Sequence record: MT446422.1
DNA from: Escherichia virus TH57
Strand: one strand, 5' to 3'
Length of the DNA: 64,000 nt
The first letter of the stretch is position 1; every line of letters starts with the position of its first letter. This document shows, piece by piece, positions 37,897 through 48,056 of the stretch. The position numbers were made by a program, and so were the translations under genes. The notes under the pieces were generated by a model. The model saw only the letters and a program-made list of their open reading frames with translations. It had not been told where the DNA came from and made no database searches.

Positions 37897-38421
37897 ATGG
37901 AAGCCAAATCAATCTTTAATCTGATTAATTACAATAATGGTAATTTTAAATCAGAAGCACAAAGTAAGTTCTTTAATGATGTTGCTTGTGTGGGTGAGAT
38001 TACAGTATCAGGTGGTCAGACTTATAAAAACGCCTGGAACTGGATTGTGACTGTTGATTCAGTTGGTATTGTTGATGTATATAAAAACACCAATAAAAAT
38101 CGCTCCTTGTTCTGGTCAAGAGAGACTAATGCTGAGTATCAGGCAACAAGAGCAAAGAAAAATATGCCTACTGAATCTGATGTACAGAACATCAAATCAG
38201 ATATCCAATATTATGATGGTCTGATTGCTGAACAACAAGCGGTGCTTGATAAGTTCAATGAAATCAAAGCATGTAAAGAGATTCCTGAATTCATGCGGGA
38301 ATCGGTTAATGAACAATACAATCTCACTTCAGAGCGTATTGAAACCTATACCAAACAAAGAGCAGAGCGCCAGGTACTCCTTCAGAAGTTTGAAGAGCGT
38401 TTAAAGACGGTTCACGCATAA
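37897..38421 (+). CDS. hypothetical protein
   Basis: 174 aa ORF after promoter cassette. Confidence 0.5.
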   Translation: MEAKSIFNLINYNNGNFKSEAQSKFFNDVACVGEITVSGGQTYKNAWNWIVTVDSVGIVDVYKNTNKNRSLFWSRETNAEYQATRAKKNMPTESDVQNIKSDIQYYDGLIAEQQAVLDKFNEIKACKEIPEFMRESVNEQYNLTSERIETYTKQRAERQVLLQKFEERLKTVHA

Positions 38422-38484
38422 ACGCTTTATACCAAGGATGGTATAATGGTTCTGACCTTTGATTAATCTATTGAGGAAATTATT

Positions 38485-39333
38485 ATGTCACAAGCAATTA
38501 ATGAAATTCGTTCTGAAGTTAAAAAAGTTGTTAAATTCGGGCGTATTCCAAGCACTAAAGATGTGGTTTTAAATGTTCTATATATGATGTGGAATAAGTT
38601 CAATGTTTGTACTAATTCCGCTGAATTCACTAAAATCTTTGAAAAGACCAACGGTCTTCTTACATTAGAAGACCGAGTCATGAAATCTCTTCATCGTTCA
38701 GGTATGTTGTCTCGTGCTAATGCCAAAATTATTCTTAAAAAATATAACAAAGGTTACGACCTTTATGGTCGTGCGATTAGCACCATGACGTTTGATGAAG
38801 TGGTTAAAGACCTTTGGAAAAACCAGCGCCGTTTATTGGCATTAGGTGCTCGTTTAGCAAGCGGTCAAGATAAACAAATGACCTTTAAAACCAATAATTC
38901 TTTAGATTATAAACTATTTAATGTTATTAAAGGTCAAAATGAAGGCGAATACAGTATTTCTTCTTTTAGTGGATGTCAATACGAAAACTGGAAATTCCAC
39001 CTCCGTTTGGCTTTGTCTGAACTCGAATGTCACGGGGTTCTTACCTTTTATGATGTTAAAACTGGAGGCGTCCAGCGTATTAAATTATGTCAAATTAAAG
39101 ACCGAGTTGAAGTCGAGAGCCCCATTGAACAAGCTCCTAAAATGGAACCTGTTCCAGTGCGAAGCAATGAAAAATATTCAGAGCAAATTGAGCTTTTCAC
39201 TAAACAGATTGAAGAGCTCAACATCACCATCCAGCAGCAAGATGATGAAATTTTCCGTCTGTCGGGACTGAACAATGCAGCGAAAGCCGAACGTCAAAAA
39301 CTGATGAACGTTATTGAATTGCTTAAGGATTAA
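38485..39333 (+). CDS. hypothetical protein with C-terminal coiled coil
   Basis: 282 aa ORF; GAGGAAATTATT RBS context. Confidence 0.55.
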   Translation: MSQAINEIRSEVKKVVKFGRIPSTKDVVLNVLYMMWNKFNVCTNSAEFTKIFEKTNGLLTLEDRVMKSLHRSGMLSRANAKIILKKYNKGYDLYGRAISTMTFDEVVKDLWKNQRRLLALGARLASGQDKQMTFKTNNSLDYKLFNVIKGQNEGEYSISSFSGCQYENWKFHLRLALSELECHGVLTFYDVKTGGVQRIKLCQIKDRVEVESPIEQAPKMEPVPVRSNEKYSEQIELFTKQIEELNITIQQQDDEIFRLSGLNNAAKAERQKLMNVIELLKD

Positions 39334-39334
39334 T

Positions 39335-39550
39335 ATGACCATTTTGATTATCAGTATTATTTTTGGTTATCTTTTGACGGGATTTATTACTACCCTGTTG
39401 CTCCACAAGTTTGATAGTCCCTACGAAAGTGGGGACGAGTATGATGCGGTGTTCACAACATTTTGCTGGCCTATATTCTGGGTAGTCGCTGTTATAATGT
39501 GTGTGACCTGGCCTTTTGCTAAACTCTATGAAAAATTACTTGGAATATGA
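39335..39550 (+). CDS. small membrane protein
   Basis: ORF track 39314; ATG at 39335; hydrophobic helices. Confidence 0.45.
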   Translation: MTILIISIIFGYLLTGFITTLLLHKFDSPYESGDEYDAVFTTFCWPIFWVVAVIMCVTWPFAKLYEKLLGI

Positions 39551-39551
39551 T

Positions 39552-40439
39552 ATGAACATTAAAACACGTAAAGAATATTCTCGATTTGAACAGCGTGAAG
39601 GTCGTGCGACTCGTCTTATCGCGATGAATTCTCTGGTTAACTTTGGCAAAATTAAATCAGGTTCTGCCACCCAGGGGTATGGACAACGTATTGTAAGAAT
39701 TAACTCTCTGAATGATTACTGCCGCCGCCCGGCGTTTTTGTTTGGTGCCACAGTTCGTAAGAGCATCAAGGAAATCCTGGCTGCTGGGCTTCGTATTCGT
39801 AAAGCTCCGGTTAACATCAAGAACTATAATTTCAATTCTAGTAACTTGATTATCAATATCAAGAATGATGGTGTGCAGATTAAGTTCAAGCCAACTACTA
39901 AAGGCGATGTTGCCCTTTGTGATACCTTTAAAGAGGTTATGGGTATTGCTCTGTTTTATATGCGTCATGCTGTTGAAGCATACACGTTTGAAGAAGATAC
40001 AAATTATATCCATCAAACAGAAAAATTCCTTAAAACTATAACCATTGATATTAAATTAACTAAAGAATATCTTTTGTCTTATGCTCCTTATCAAGAGAAA
40101 AATGAACCAGAAGAGAAAAAGGAATCAGAAATGGAACGTATCCCTACTGCATCATATGGCCCAGCATTTGCAGGTCAGTATAAAACACAACCTATTTCAC
40201 CACCGGACGTTAAAAATATGTACAAATGGAACGTCCAGCCATCCAGCTCTCTTGGAATCTTTAACCCATCAATGAAACCTATTGAGAGCCATCATGCTGA
40301 TGCTATCCAGGAATCAGTCAACCGCTTAAACGGTCTGATTGAAGATGAGAAAAAGGGTATTCAGGACGTCCTGAATCGCATCAAGAACATGGAAAAACAA
40401 CGCAATAAATTGCAAGCTGCAATCAAAGCATTAAAATAA
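39552..40439 (+). CDS. hypothetical protein with C-terminal coiled coil
   Basis: ORF track 39516; ATG at 39552. Confidence 0.55.
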   Translation: MNIKTRKEYSRFEQREGRATRLIAMNSLVNFGKIKSGSATQGYGQRIVRINSLNDYCRRPAFLFGATVRKSIKEILAAGLRIRKAPVNIKNYNFNSSNLIINIKNDGVQIKFKPTTKGDVALCDTFKEVMGIALFYMRHAVEAYTFEEDTNYIHQTEKFLKTITIDIKLTKEYLLSYAPYQEKNEPEEKKESEMERIPTASYGPAFAGQYKTQPISPPDVKNMYKWNVQPSSSLGIFNPSMKPIESHHADAIQESVNRLNGLIEDEKKGIQDVLNRIKNMEKQRNKLQAAIKALK

Positions 40440-40496
40440 TGTTTACTTCCAAGGATGGAGGGAGTATAATGAATTCCTACTTTTGAGGAGAACACT

Positions 40497-41489
40497 ATGA
40501 CACGTAATGAATATATCCGGGCCTTTAACACCACTATCGATGCAAAAGTAAAACCATTAATAGGTGAATCGGCTATCCTTTCGATTATCAATTTCTGGTT
40601 AAATCAGATTGACGCATCGATTGTTGCATCCGGTCGTTTTAAGAAAGACATCATGACTATTGCGAGTCGTGCTGGTAATGATGATATCAAGAAAACTTTT
40701 AAAGGTTCCCGAGTCCTGGCATACCTGGTTAATAAAGACCTTCTTAATAAGTTTGGTGTTGAATCCAGACGTGGTAAAGGTACAATTGGGTATCATTGGT
40801 TTGGTGATGTTGAAAAATACTACCTTGATACGCAAGGCTATACTGTTTCTGAATTCGCAAATTGTTGGGCTCGTGAATTCAGAGATAACAAAATGTCTAT
40901 CATCAAATCAGCGACAAAAATGATGGGTGGTGATTTTCGCACTATCTCCCATTTGGCTGAGCACATGATAAATGTTAAAGATTCTGGTGAAAACCAGGTA
41001 ATTATTGCAGTTAAGTATGAATTCTTTACGCCAGTGGCTACCCCAGAAAATGTCAAAAAGTATCTTGATGTTGCATGTGTTCTTACTCATCAGCTGCAGT
41101 GTGCCCTTAACTATATGCGTACTGTTGAAAAAATTAAAGTAGACCCTATCACCAGTACTCATGGTTGGAAGGGTTATAAAATTGTGGTAACATTACGCAA
41201 AGTTAAATGTGCAAAGCAACCAACTGTTGCAGAAATCCATAAAAAGAAAAGTGAGGAAATTATGAATGCACCGCAAGAAGTTACCACCCTTGAAGACCTG
41301 ATTGATAATCTGAATAATGAACCAGTGAAACAAAAAGCGCCTGAAATTGTTGCCCTGGAAACAGCGTATAATGAAGCTCTTGTTATTAATAAAAAGGCAA
41401 CTGAAGATTATACAAAAGCCAAGCGACTTTGGGAAGAATCAACCAATCGTCTGGATAAACTGGAACAGGCTCTGGAGCTGCTGAAATGA
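40497..41489 (+). CDS. hypothetical protein with C-terminal coiled coil
   Basis: 330 aa ORF with promoter and GAGGAG RBS upstream. Confidence 0.55.
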   Translation: MTRNEYIRAFNTTIDAKVKPLIGESAILSIINFWLNQIDASIVASGRFKKDIMTIASRAGNDDIKKTFKGSRVLAYLVNKDLLNKFGVESRRGKGTIGYHWFGDVEKYYLDTQGYTVSEFANCWAREFRDNKMSIIKSATKMMGGDFRTISHLAEHMINVKDSGENQVIIAVKYEFFTPVATPENVKKYLDVACVLTHQLQCALNYMRTVEKIKVDPITSTHGWKGYKIVVTLRKVKCAKQPTVAEIHKKKSEEIMNAPQEVTTLEDLIDNLNNEPVKQKAPEIVALETAYNEALVINKKATEDYTKAKRLWEESTNRLDKLEQALELLK

Positions 41490-41803
41490 AAAATCGTTTA
41501 AGAGAAGATATTGCTGCGGCCTCTAATACAGATTTATTGAAATTTATTAAAGAAGCCGAGCTCGATGAAGTTAAATTGAATGGAAAAATTCATGGCTGTG
41601 ATGATTATAGCCGAGATATTCCTGATTGGAATGCTATTATTAAAATTGTCGAACGTCGTGAAAAAGCTTCTAAGAACGTTCCTAACTGTCCTATGTGTGG
41701 AACTGAACAAGTCCAGTTGATTCAATGGCGACATAATCCGCTTCAGTATAAATGTCGCATGTGTAAACACAAATTTGAGCGAGATGAAAATGGCAAAGCG
41801 TAA
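41486..41803 (+). CDS. zinc-ribbon protein
   Basis: C-terminal CPMCG...CRMCKH four-cysteine ribbon. Confidence 0.5.
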   Translation: MKNRLREDIAAASNTDLLKFIKEAELDEVKLNGKIHGCDDYSRDIPDWNAIIKIVERREKASKNVPNCPMCGTEQVQLIQWRHNPLQYKCRMCKHKFERDENGKA

Positions 41804-42035
41804 AGAATATGTTGAGACCGCCGAAAGGGTGGTCCGTGAATTAACTCTGGCCTATTATAAAGAACACGGCAAATTTCCGGATAGTTATTCGGTATTGAAA
41901 TCTGCTTTAACTCGTTCATATAATAATATCCTTACTGAAGTGCATGATATCAGAAATGCGCACCTTAAAGAAACCGGAACAGAGCTTGACCGCTCTGAAG
42001 TATTCAAACAAGTATTAGGAATTCAAGATGTTTAA
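41775..42035 (+). CDS. hypothetical protein
   Basis: 86 aa ORF; start uncertain (41775 or 41790). Confidence 0.4.
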   Translation: MSEMKMAKRKEYVETAERVVRELTLAYYKEHGKFPDSYSVLKSALTRSYNNILTEVHDIRNAHLKETGTELDRSEVFKQVLGIQDV

Positions 42036-42291
42036 AGTATATGGCTATGATTCAAACATTCATCGTTGTGTTTTCTGCGACAATGCAAAACGTCTACTTG
42101 ACGTTAAAAAACAGCCTTACGAATTCATCAACGTGATGCCTGAAAAAGGTGTGTTTGATGATGAGAAGATTGCTCAACTCCTGGCTGCACTTGGTCGCGA
42201 ATCCCAAATTGGTTTGACTATGCCACAAGTGTTTGCTCCTGACGGAAGTCATATTGGTGGCTTCGACCAACTGCGAGAATATTTCAAATGA
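42028..42291 (+). CDS. nrdC: glutaredoxin NrdC
   Basis: [24 protein letters not shown]...[21 protein letters not shown] matches T4 NrdC; 87 aa. Confidence 0.9.
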   Translation: MFKVYGYDSNIHRCVFCDNAKRLLDVKKQPYEFINVMPEKGVFDDEKIAQLLAALGRESQIGLTMPQVFAPDGSHIGGFDQLREYFK

Positions 42292-42455
42292 TTGAATTAA
42301 TGTTGGGTGTTTTGTATCTTATCATTGGTATTGGTTATGCTAAGACCCTAGCTAAATTAGATGATTTCGGTGCAGGTGACTTTTGCTGGTGGCTGACGTC
42401 TATGATTTGTTGGCCTTTATTTCTGGTTGGTGCTTCATTCTGGAACTTTAAATGA
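42288..42455 (+). CDS. small membrane protein (55 aa)
   Basis: ATG overlaps nrdC stop; hydrophobic. Confidence 0.35.
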   Translation: MIELMLGVLYLIIGIGYAKTLAKLDDFGAGDFCWWLTSMICWPLFLVGASFWNFK

Positions 42456-42477
42456 TTGACGAATTTATGGTGGAATT

Positions 42478-42786
42478 ATGATTGGATTAAATGAACAGAC
42501 TATTTTTCTAGGTGATGGTACCGAAGATGACCTAGAATATAAACTCTATGAATACATGGTAGCCCTGGCGAAAGAAGAAGGTATTGACTTTGCTGTGGCT
42601 AATCCATATGGCGAGAACACCGTTGTAATCGGTGGCACTGCTTATGAAGTCCAATGGCAATACGTTGGGCTTGAATCTGAAGAATATGAAGAAGATAAGC
42701 ATGGCGATTGGCATCCGGTTGGTCCTTGGTATTGGGACGACGGTGAGCCTGATTTTGAAGTATCAAGCTATTGGAGTGACCAATGA
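42478..42786 (+). CDS. acidic hypothetical protein
   Basis: 102 aa ORF. Confidence 0.45.
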   Translation: MIGLNEQTIFLGDGTEDDLEYKLYEYMVALAKEEGIDFAVANPYGENTVVIGGTAYEVQWQYVGLESEEYEEDKHGDWHPVGPWYWDDGEPDFEVSSYWSDQ

Positions 42787-43103
42787 CTATTGAAAATGAA
42801 TTAGATGTTGATGCTGTTTTAAGCGAAATCATTGAAGACCATGATGCGTTTACCGAATCATACGAGTTTGAATTTTCGGACTACCTGGTTCCGGTTGAAT
42901 TAGGCGAATGGACACAAACCGGCAAATACCAATATCGCCAGGCAATTTATTTCAGCAAAAAACATAATGTGCATGTGGCTGTAAACGAAACTCGTACCGG
43001 CTCTTATCATACCGATTGGGACTATATGGTCCCGACTGTTGAACTGGTTAAGCTCCAAGAACGTGTCGTAACCCAAACTATCAGAGAATGGATTACGCTA
43101 TAA
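42783..43103 (+). CDS. hypothetical protein
   Basis: 106 aa ORF, ATGA coupling. Confidence 0.45.
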   Translation: MTIENELDVDAVLSEIIEDHDAFTESYEFEFSDYLVPVELGEWTQTGKYQYRQAIYFSKKHNVHVAVNETRTGSYHTDWDYMVPTVELVKLQERVVTQTIREWITL

Positions 43104-43220
43104 AACCATGGTATACCGCTCGATGGGAAACTGTCGAGCCAGAGGAACCTGTTTACAACGATTCCGAAATAGATTATAATGAACCTTCAAACAATGATTT
43201 AATCGATATGGAGTTTGGAT

Positions 43221-43394
43221 ATGAGTACCAAAATTGAAGTTGGCCGCCACAAAGGTCGTTTAATTGAACATTCACTTTACGAATTGTCGGATTCTCGTAA
43301 GTTACCCGATGAAGAATCTGCTTTAATTTTTGCCGCGGCGGATTATATCCATTGGCTTGAAGCACAACTTCGCTTTTCTGATGAGGTCTTTTAA
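43221..43394 (+). CDS. small hypothetical protein (57 aa)
   Basis: ATG at 43221; stop overlaps the next gene start (TAATG). Confidence 0.35.
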   Translation: MSTKIEVGRHKGRLIEHSLYELSDSRKLPDEESALIFAAADYIHWLEAQLRFSDEVF

Positions 43395-43663
43395 TGTTTT
43401 TAGAAATTGTTAATATTCATGCTGCTCAATCAGGTTTTATGAAAGAGCTTCAAGACGCAGGATTTAAAAATGGCGATGTTATCCAGGCGTTAAGACAACG
43501 TTTTGACCCTGATGTTGAATGTAATGTTTGGGACGTTGTTGAAACAGATGAATACCTTTTTGATACCATAGAAATTGAAGGGTCATGGACTTGTATCACT
43601 GAGTATATGATAATTGATAATGGTAACGTTGAATGCCATTATCCTTGTTTTAGGATTGTTTAA
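43394..43663 (+). CDS. hypothetical protein
   Basis: 89 aa ORF. Confidence 0.45.
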   Translation: MFLEIVNIHAAQSGFMKELQDAGFKNGDVIQALRQRFDPDVECNVWDVVETDEYLFDTIEIEGSWTCITEYMIIDNGNVECHYPCFRIV

Positions 43664-43839
43664 TGAAAACTAAATTAGTCTATACTGAAAAGTTAAATGG
43701 TGCCAAGGTCTGGAAACTTCTTATCAAAGGAAGTCCTACTGACCAGTTTATGGCCACCTGTGTGGGATTGTATACTCGCCCTACCAAAAAGATGATTCGT
43801 CAATTTAAACGGTTGCATCGCTCGTTCTATAATATTTAA
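43663..43839 (+). CDS. small basic protein (58 aa) upstream of gene 49
   Basis: ATG at 43663 overlaps the upstream stop. Confidence 0.35.
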   Translation: MKTKLVYTEKLNGAKVWKLLIKGSPTDQFMATCVGLYTRPTKKMIRQFKRLHRSFYNI

Positions 43840-43874
43840 TAAATACCCTTATCTAATAATGGTAAGGGTTTATT
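43838..43874 (+). promoter_or_regulatory. hairpin sequestering the gene 49 RBS, with a late-promoter-like AATAAATA at its 5' edge
   Basis: ACCCTTA...TAAGGGT stem (43845-43851 / 43863-43869); the 3' arm contains the AAGGG Shine-Dalgarno 6 nt before the ATG. Confidence 0.5.
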
Positions 43875-44348
43875 ATGTTGTTGACTGGCAAATTATACAA
43901 AGAAGAAAAACAAAAACTTTATGATGCACAAGCTGGTAAGTGTCCAATTTGCCACCGTGATTTGGACTCTGATGTTCAGGCCAACCATCTTGACCATGAC
44001 CACGAATTGAACGGGCCAAAAGCCGGTAAGGTTCGCGGGTTACTATGCAATCTGTGCAATGGAACAGAAGGGCAAATGAAGCATAAGTTCAGCCGTTCGG
44101 GTCTGAAAGGTCGTGATGTTGACTACCTGGAATGGTTGGAGAGTTTGCTTGTCTATCTGAAATCTGATTATACCGAAAACAATATTCACCCCAATTTTGT
44201 AACAGACAAAGCCAAAGAGTTTGGCCGCCTGGGGAAAGAAGAAATGATTCGGGAAATGCTTTTGAATGGTATGACTTATAATGAATCTGACACCAAAACA
44301 CAATTAATGGCTTCATTTAAGAAGCAGCTTAGAAAGAGTTTAAAATGA
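43875..44348 (+). CDS. 49: endonuclease VII (Holliday junction resolvase gp49)
   Basis: MLLTGKLYKEEKQKLYDAQAGKCPICHRDLDSDVQANHLDHDHELNGPKAGKVRGLLCNLCN matches T4 endo VII; 157 aa. Confidence 0.95.
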   Translation: MLLTGKLYKEEKQKLYDAQAGKCPICHRDLDSDVQANHLDHDHELNGPKAGKVRGLLCNLCNGTEGQMKHKFSRSGLKGRDVDYLEWLESLLVYLKSDYTENNIHPNFVTDKAKEFGRLGKEEMIREMLLNGMTYNESDTKTQLMASFKKQLRKSLK

Positions 44349-46162
44349 CAATTGAAAACGAAATTGAAGGATTGATTCATAAAACTAATAAAGACCTTTT
44401 AAACGAGAATGCTAATAAAGATTCTCGTGTTTTTCCAACTCAACGTGACCTTATGGCTGGTATTGTATCTAAACACATTGCCAAAAATATGGTCGCGTCT
44501 TTTATTATGAAAGCACATGAAAGCGGAATTATTCATTTCCATGATATTGATTATTCCCCTGCTCTTCCATTTACTAATTGCTGTTTAGTAGATTTAAAAG
44601 GAATGCTTGAGAACGGATTTAAGCTTGGTAACGCACAGATTGAAACTCCTAAATCAATTGGTGTTGCTACTGCAATTATGGCACAAATTACTGCACAGGT
44701 TGCTTCTCACCAATATGGTGGAACGACTTTTGCTAATGTAGACAAAGTATTTTCTCCTTATGTTAAACGTACATACGCAAAACATATTGAAGACGCAGAA
44801 AAATGGCAAATCACTGATGCATTGAATTATGCCCAATCTAAAACAGAAAAAGACGTATACGATGCATTCCAAGCTTATGAATACGAAGTAAATACTCTCT
44901 TTAGTTCAAACGGACAAACGCCTTTTGTAACCATTACATTTGGTACGGGAACTGACTGGACTGAACGAATGATTCAGAAAGCAATTCTGAAAAATCGTAT
45001 CAAAGGTCTTGGTCGCGATGGGATAACTCCTATTTTCCCTAAACTTGTTATGTTCGTTGAAGAAGGTGTTAATCTTTATAAAGACGACCCGAACTATGAT
45101 ATTAAGCAGCTTGCTCTAGAGTGTGCAAGCAAAAGAATGTATCCTGATATTATTTCAGTTAAGAATAATAAAGCTATCACCGGTTCATCTATTCCTGTTT
45201 CTCCAATGGGTTGCCGTAGTTTCTTGAGCGTATGGAAAGATTCGACTGGTAATGAAATTCTTGATGGACGTAATAATCTTGGCGTTGTAACACTGAATCT
45301 TCCTCGTATTGCATTAGATTCTTATATTGGAACACAGTTCAATGAACAGAAATTTATCGAATTGTTTAATGAGCGAATGGATTTATGTTTTGAAGCATTG
45401 ATGTGCAGAATTAGTTCCTTAAAAGGAATTAAAGCGACTGTTGCTCCTATTCTTTACCAAGAAGGTGCGTTCGGGGTTCGTCTTAAACCTGATGATGATA
45501 TAATTGAGTTATTTAAAAACGGTAGAAGTTCAGTGTCTTTGGGATACATTGGTATTCACGAATTGAATATTCTTGTCGGTCGTGATATTGGGCAGGAAAT
45601 TTTAACTAAAATGAATGCTCGTCTTAAGCAGTGGACCGAAAGAACCGGTTTTGCTTTTAGCTTGTATTCTACTCCCGCTGAAAACCTTTGTTATCGATTC
45701 TGTAAACTTGATACTGAAAAATATGGAAGTGTAAAAGATGTTACCGATAAAGGATGGTACACTAACAGTTTCCATGTTTCAGTAGAAGAAAATATTACTC
45801 CGTTTGAAAAGATTTCTCGCGAAGCACCATATCATTTCATTGCGACAGGTGGTCACATTTCTTATGTTGAACTTCCTGATATGAAAAATAACTTAAAAGG
45901 TCTTGAGGCTGTATGGGATTATGCTGCACAACATTTAGATTATTTTGGTGTTAATATGCCAGTAGATAAATGTTTTACGTGTGGAAGTACCCATGAGATG
46001 ACTCCTACTGAAAACGGATTTGTTTGTTCTATTTGTGGAGAAACTGACCCTAAAAAGATGAACACAATAAGAAGAACATGCGGCTATCTTGGAAACCCGA
46101 ACGAACGCGGATTTAATCTCGGCAAAAATAAAGAAATCATGCATAGGGTTAAACACCAATGA
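44345..46162 (+). CDS. nrdD: anaerobic ribonucleoside-triphosphate reductase NrdD
   Basis: 605 aa, same length as T4 NrdD; C-terminal Cys cluster CFTCGSTHEM...CSICG; followed by nrdG. Confidence 0.9.
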   Translation: MTIENEIEGLIHKTNKDLLNENANKDSRVFPTQRDLMAGIVSKHIAKNMVASFIMKAHESGIIHFHDIDYSPALPFTNCCLVDLKGMLENGFKLGNAQIETPKSIGVATAIMAQITAQVASHQYGGTTFANVDKVFSPYVKRTYAKHIEDAEKWQITDALNYAQSKTEKDVYDAFQAYEYEVNTLFSSNGQTPFVTITFGTGTDWTERMIQKAILKNRIKGLGRDGITPIFPKLVMFVEEGVNLYKDDPNYDIKQLALECASKRMYPDIISVKNNKAITGSSIPVSPMGCRSFLSVWKDSTGNEILDGRNNLGVVTLNLPRIALDSYIGTQFNEQKFIELFNERMDLCFEALMCRISSLKGIKATVAPILYQEGAFGVRLKPDDDIIELFKNGRSSVSLGYIGIHELNILVGRDIGQEILTKMNARLKQWTERTGFAFSLYSTPAENLCYRFCKLDTEKYGSVKDVTDKGWYTNSFHVSVEENITPFEKISREAPYHFIATGGHISYVELPDMKNNLKGLEAVWDYAAQHLDYFGVNMPVDKCFTCGSTHEMTPTENGFVCSICGETDPKKMNTIRRTCGYLGNPNERGFNLGKNKEIMHRVKHQ

Positions 46163-46629
46163 ATTACGATAGAATATATCCTTGCGATTTTATTAATGGT
46201 CCTGGCTGCAGGGCCGTTCTTTTCGTTACAGGTTGTTTGCATAAATGCGAAGGGTGTTATAATAAATCAACATGGAATGCTAGAAATGGTGTTCCATTCA
46301 CTGGTGAAACACTAGAACAATTAATTGAATGTTTGAATAATGATTATATAGAAGGATTGACTATAACTGGAGGAGACCCTCTCTATCCCGATAACCGAGA
46401 TGTTATTCACTCTGTGGTTCAAACTATTAAAAATCTTTATCCCAATAAAAGCATTTGGTTGTGGACCGGATATAAGTTTGAAGATATTAAACAACTAGAA
46501 ATGCTTAAATATGTTGATGTTATTATTGATGGGAAGTATGAGAAAAATCTTCCGACCAAAAAACTGTGGCGAGGGTCAGATAATCAGCGACTTTGGTCAA
46601 ATACCGATGGGGTGTGGAAACATGATTAA
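46159..46629 (+). CDS. nrdG: anaerobic RNR activating enzyme NrdG (radical SAM)
   Basis: N-terminal CLHKCEGC radical-SAM cysteine motif; 156 aa; coupled to nrdD. Confidence 0.9.
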   Translation: MNYDRIYPCDFINGPGCRAVLFVTGCLHKCEGCYNKSTWNARNGVPFTGETLEQLIECLNNDYIEGLTITGGDPLYPDNRDVIHSVVQTIKNLYPNKSIWLWTGYKFEDIKQLEMLKYVDVIIDGKYEKNLPTKKLWRGSDNQRLWSNTDGVWKHD

Positions 46630-46743
46630 ATTTAATTATATTATGGACACTATAAATGATATGATTTTTCATTTTGGTCCAGAATTTTATTCGCAGTATA
46701 GTTTAGTGTTTATCAATGCTTGGTTAATCAATTAAGGGTAAAT

Positions 46744-46959
46744 ATGAATAAATTTCGTAATGCTACAGCAGATATTCTGGCAAACATAACGCTTGTGTTG
46801 TTCATCGTTTGTCTGCTTATTCTGGCTATCCCGTTTGGTTTACTGTTTGTTATCATCGGTTGGTTAAGCACCAATCCTGGCCTAGAAAGCTCTGAATTCA
46901 ACAAACGAATCCAGGCTATTCATAGTACCATTGCAAAAATGATGAAGGTGAAAGAATGA
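46744..46959 (+). CDS. small membrane protein
   Basis: ORF track 46720; ATG at 46744; hydrophobic helices. Confidence 0.45.
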   Translation: MNKFRNATADILANITLVLFIVCLLILAIPFGLLFVIIGWLSTNPGLESSEFNKRIQAIHSTIAKMMKVKE

Positions 46960-47255
46960 AACGTTTTGAAGAATATGTAGCTACTAATTGGACCGCGTGG
47001 GACAAATTCGGTGATGAATGGTACTTCCACGACTGTGACCTGGACCCGAAATTCTTTGCTGATAAAGAAGAAGACCTTAAAGATATCTATGCTCTATCTG
47101 AGATTCATGGAATCAAACCGACGGTTTATTTCTCTTTCAATGACACAGGTTTCCTTATTCAGGTTTATGTCCCGTATGCAACCGCCAGCGATGAAGAAGT
47201 TATTAAAACCTGGAACTACCAAGGAGTGATTTCCTGTGGGCCAAAACTCGACTAA
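46956..47255 (+). CDS. hypothetical protein
   Basis: 99 aa ORF. Confidence 0.45.
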   Translation: MKRFEEYVATNWTAWDKFGDEWYFHDCDLDPKFFADKEEDLKDIYALSEIHGIKPTVYFSFNDTGFLIQVYVPYATASDEEVIKTWNYQGVISCGPKLD

Positions 47256-47553
47256 GATTGAAATTTATGGTATCCCCGAAGAAGTCGGTCGATGCCCTGG
47301 TTGTATGCACGTAAGGAGCCTTCTGGGCTCCTTAAACCTTCCTTATACATTCTATTCAGTCCTTAACAAACAAGGCTCTGAAATCGCTTATGACAGGCCT
47401 TTAATCATGTCTTTGGCTAAGCGTGCTGGATATCCTACCCTTAACATTCGTTACCCAGTGATTTTTGTCAATGATGAAAAAATGACAAATATTCCTGCCT
47501 TTAAAACAAAACTGATATCCCTGGGGTACGACCAGGACTTAATTGAAGATTAA
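47236..47553 (+). CDS. glutaredoxin/thioredoxin-like protein (NrdH-like)
   Basis: CPGC redox motif near N-terminus; GTG start after AAGGAG. Confidence 0.55.
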   Translation: MGQNSTKIEIYGIPEEVGRCPGCMHVRSLLGSLNLPYTFYSVLNKQGSEIAYDRPLIMSLAKRAGYPTLNIRYPVIFVNDEKMTNIPAFKTKLISLGYDQDLIED

Positions 47554-47554
47554 A

Positions 47555-47574
47555 AAGGGGTGTACAAGCCCCTT
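47555..47574 (+). terminator. terminator-like hairpin whose loop carries the -35 of the next promoter
   Basis: AAGGGG-TGTACAAG-CCCCTT hairpin followed by T-rich run. Confidence 0.5.
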
Positions 47575-47620
47575 TGAACGGTGTATCATTATCCCATCAA
47601 CTACTGATGAGGAAAACAAA

Positions 47621-47803
47621 ATGGTTATTGAAGATAAAGAAATTAAACTTGACCATTATTATTCTGTAAATGGTTATCCTATACAAGTAACCAAAGTGAC
47701 TGACCAAGATGTATGGTATCGTCCTTTGAAATGGCCAGACGCTCCGTTGATGGTGTGCGACCGTAGCTTGTTCAATACAGTTGCGAAAGGACCTAAATTA
47801 TGA
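47621..47803 (+). CDS. hypothetical protein
   Basis: ORF track 47543; ATG at 47621 after promoter cassette. Confidence 0.45.
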   Translation: MVIEDKEIKLDHYYSVNGYPIQVTKVTDQDVWYRPLKWPDAPLMVCDRSLFNTVAKGPKL

Positions 47804-48054
47804 GCCTGAAATTACACTCAATGAAAAATATCATTACCCTTAATCTGGATGATGAGCGCCTGATTTTTCTCACCGTCACTGATAAGAATATTGAAATTGC
47901 AAATGGTCCTAAGACTTATTGTTGCCCAGTGAAGAATTGGAAACATGTAACCTTTTTGACCCTGGGTGAACGCCTGAAAGACCTTAAGTTGGATTTGGAT
48001 GTCAAAGATATCCAGTACATTAAAAATCTTATTGGATACAAACTGTTGAGGTAA
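47800..48054 (+). CDS. hypothetical protein
   Basis: 84 aa ORF. Confidence 0.45.
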   Translation: MSLKLHSMKNIITLNLDDERLIFLTVTDKNIEIANGPKTYCCPVKNWKHVTFLTLGERLKDLKLDLDVKDIQYIKNLIGYKLLR

Positions 48055-48056
48055 CT

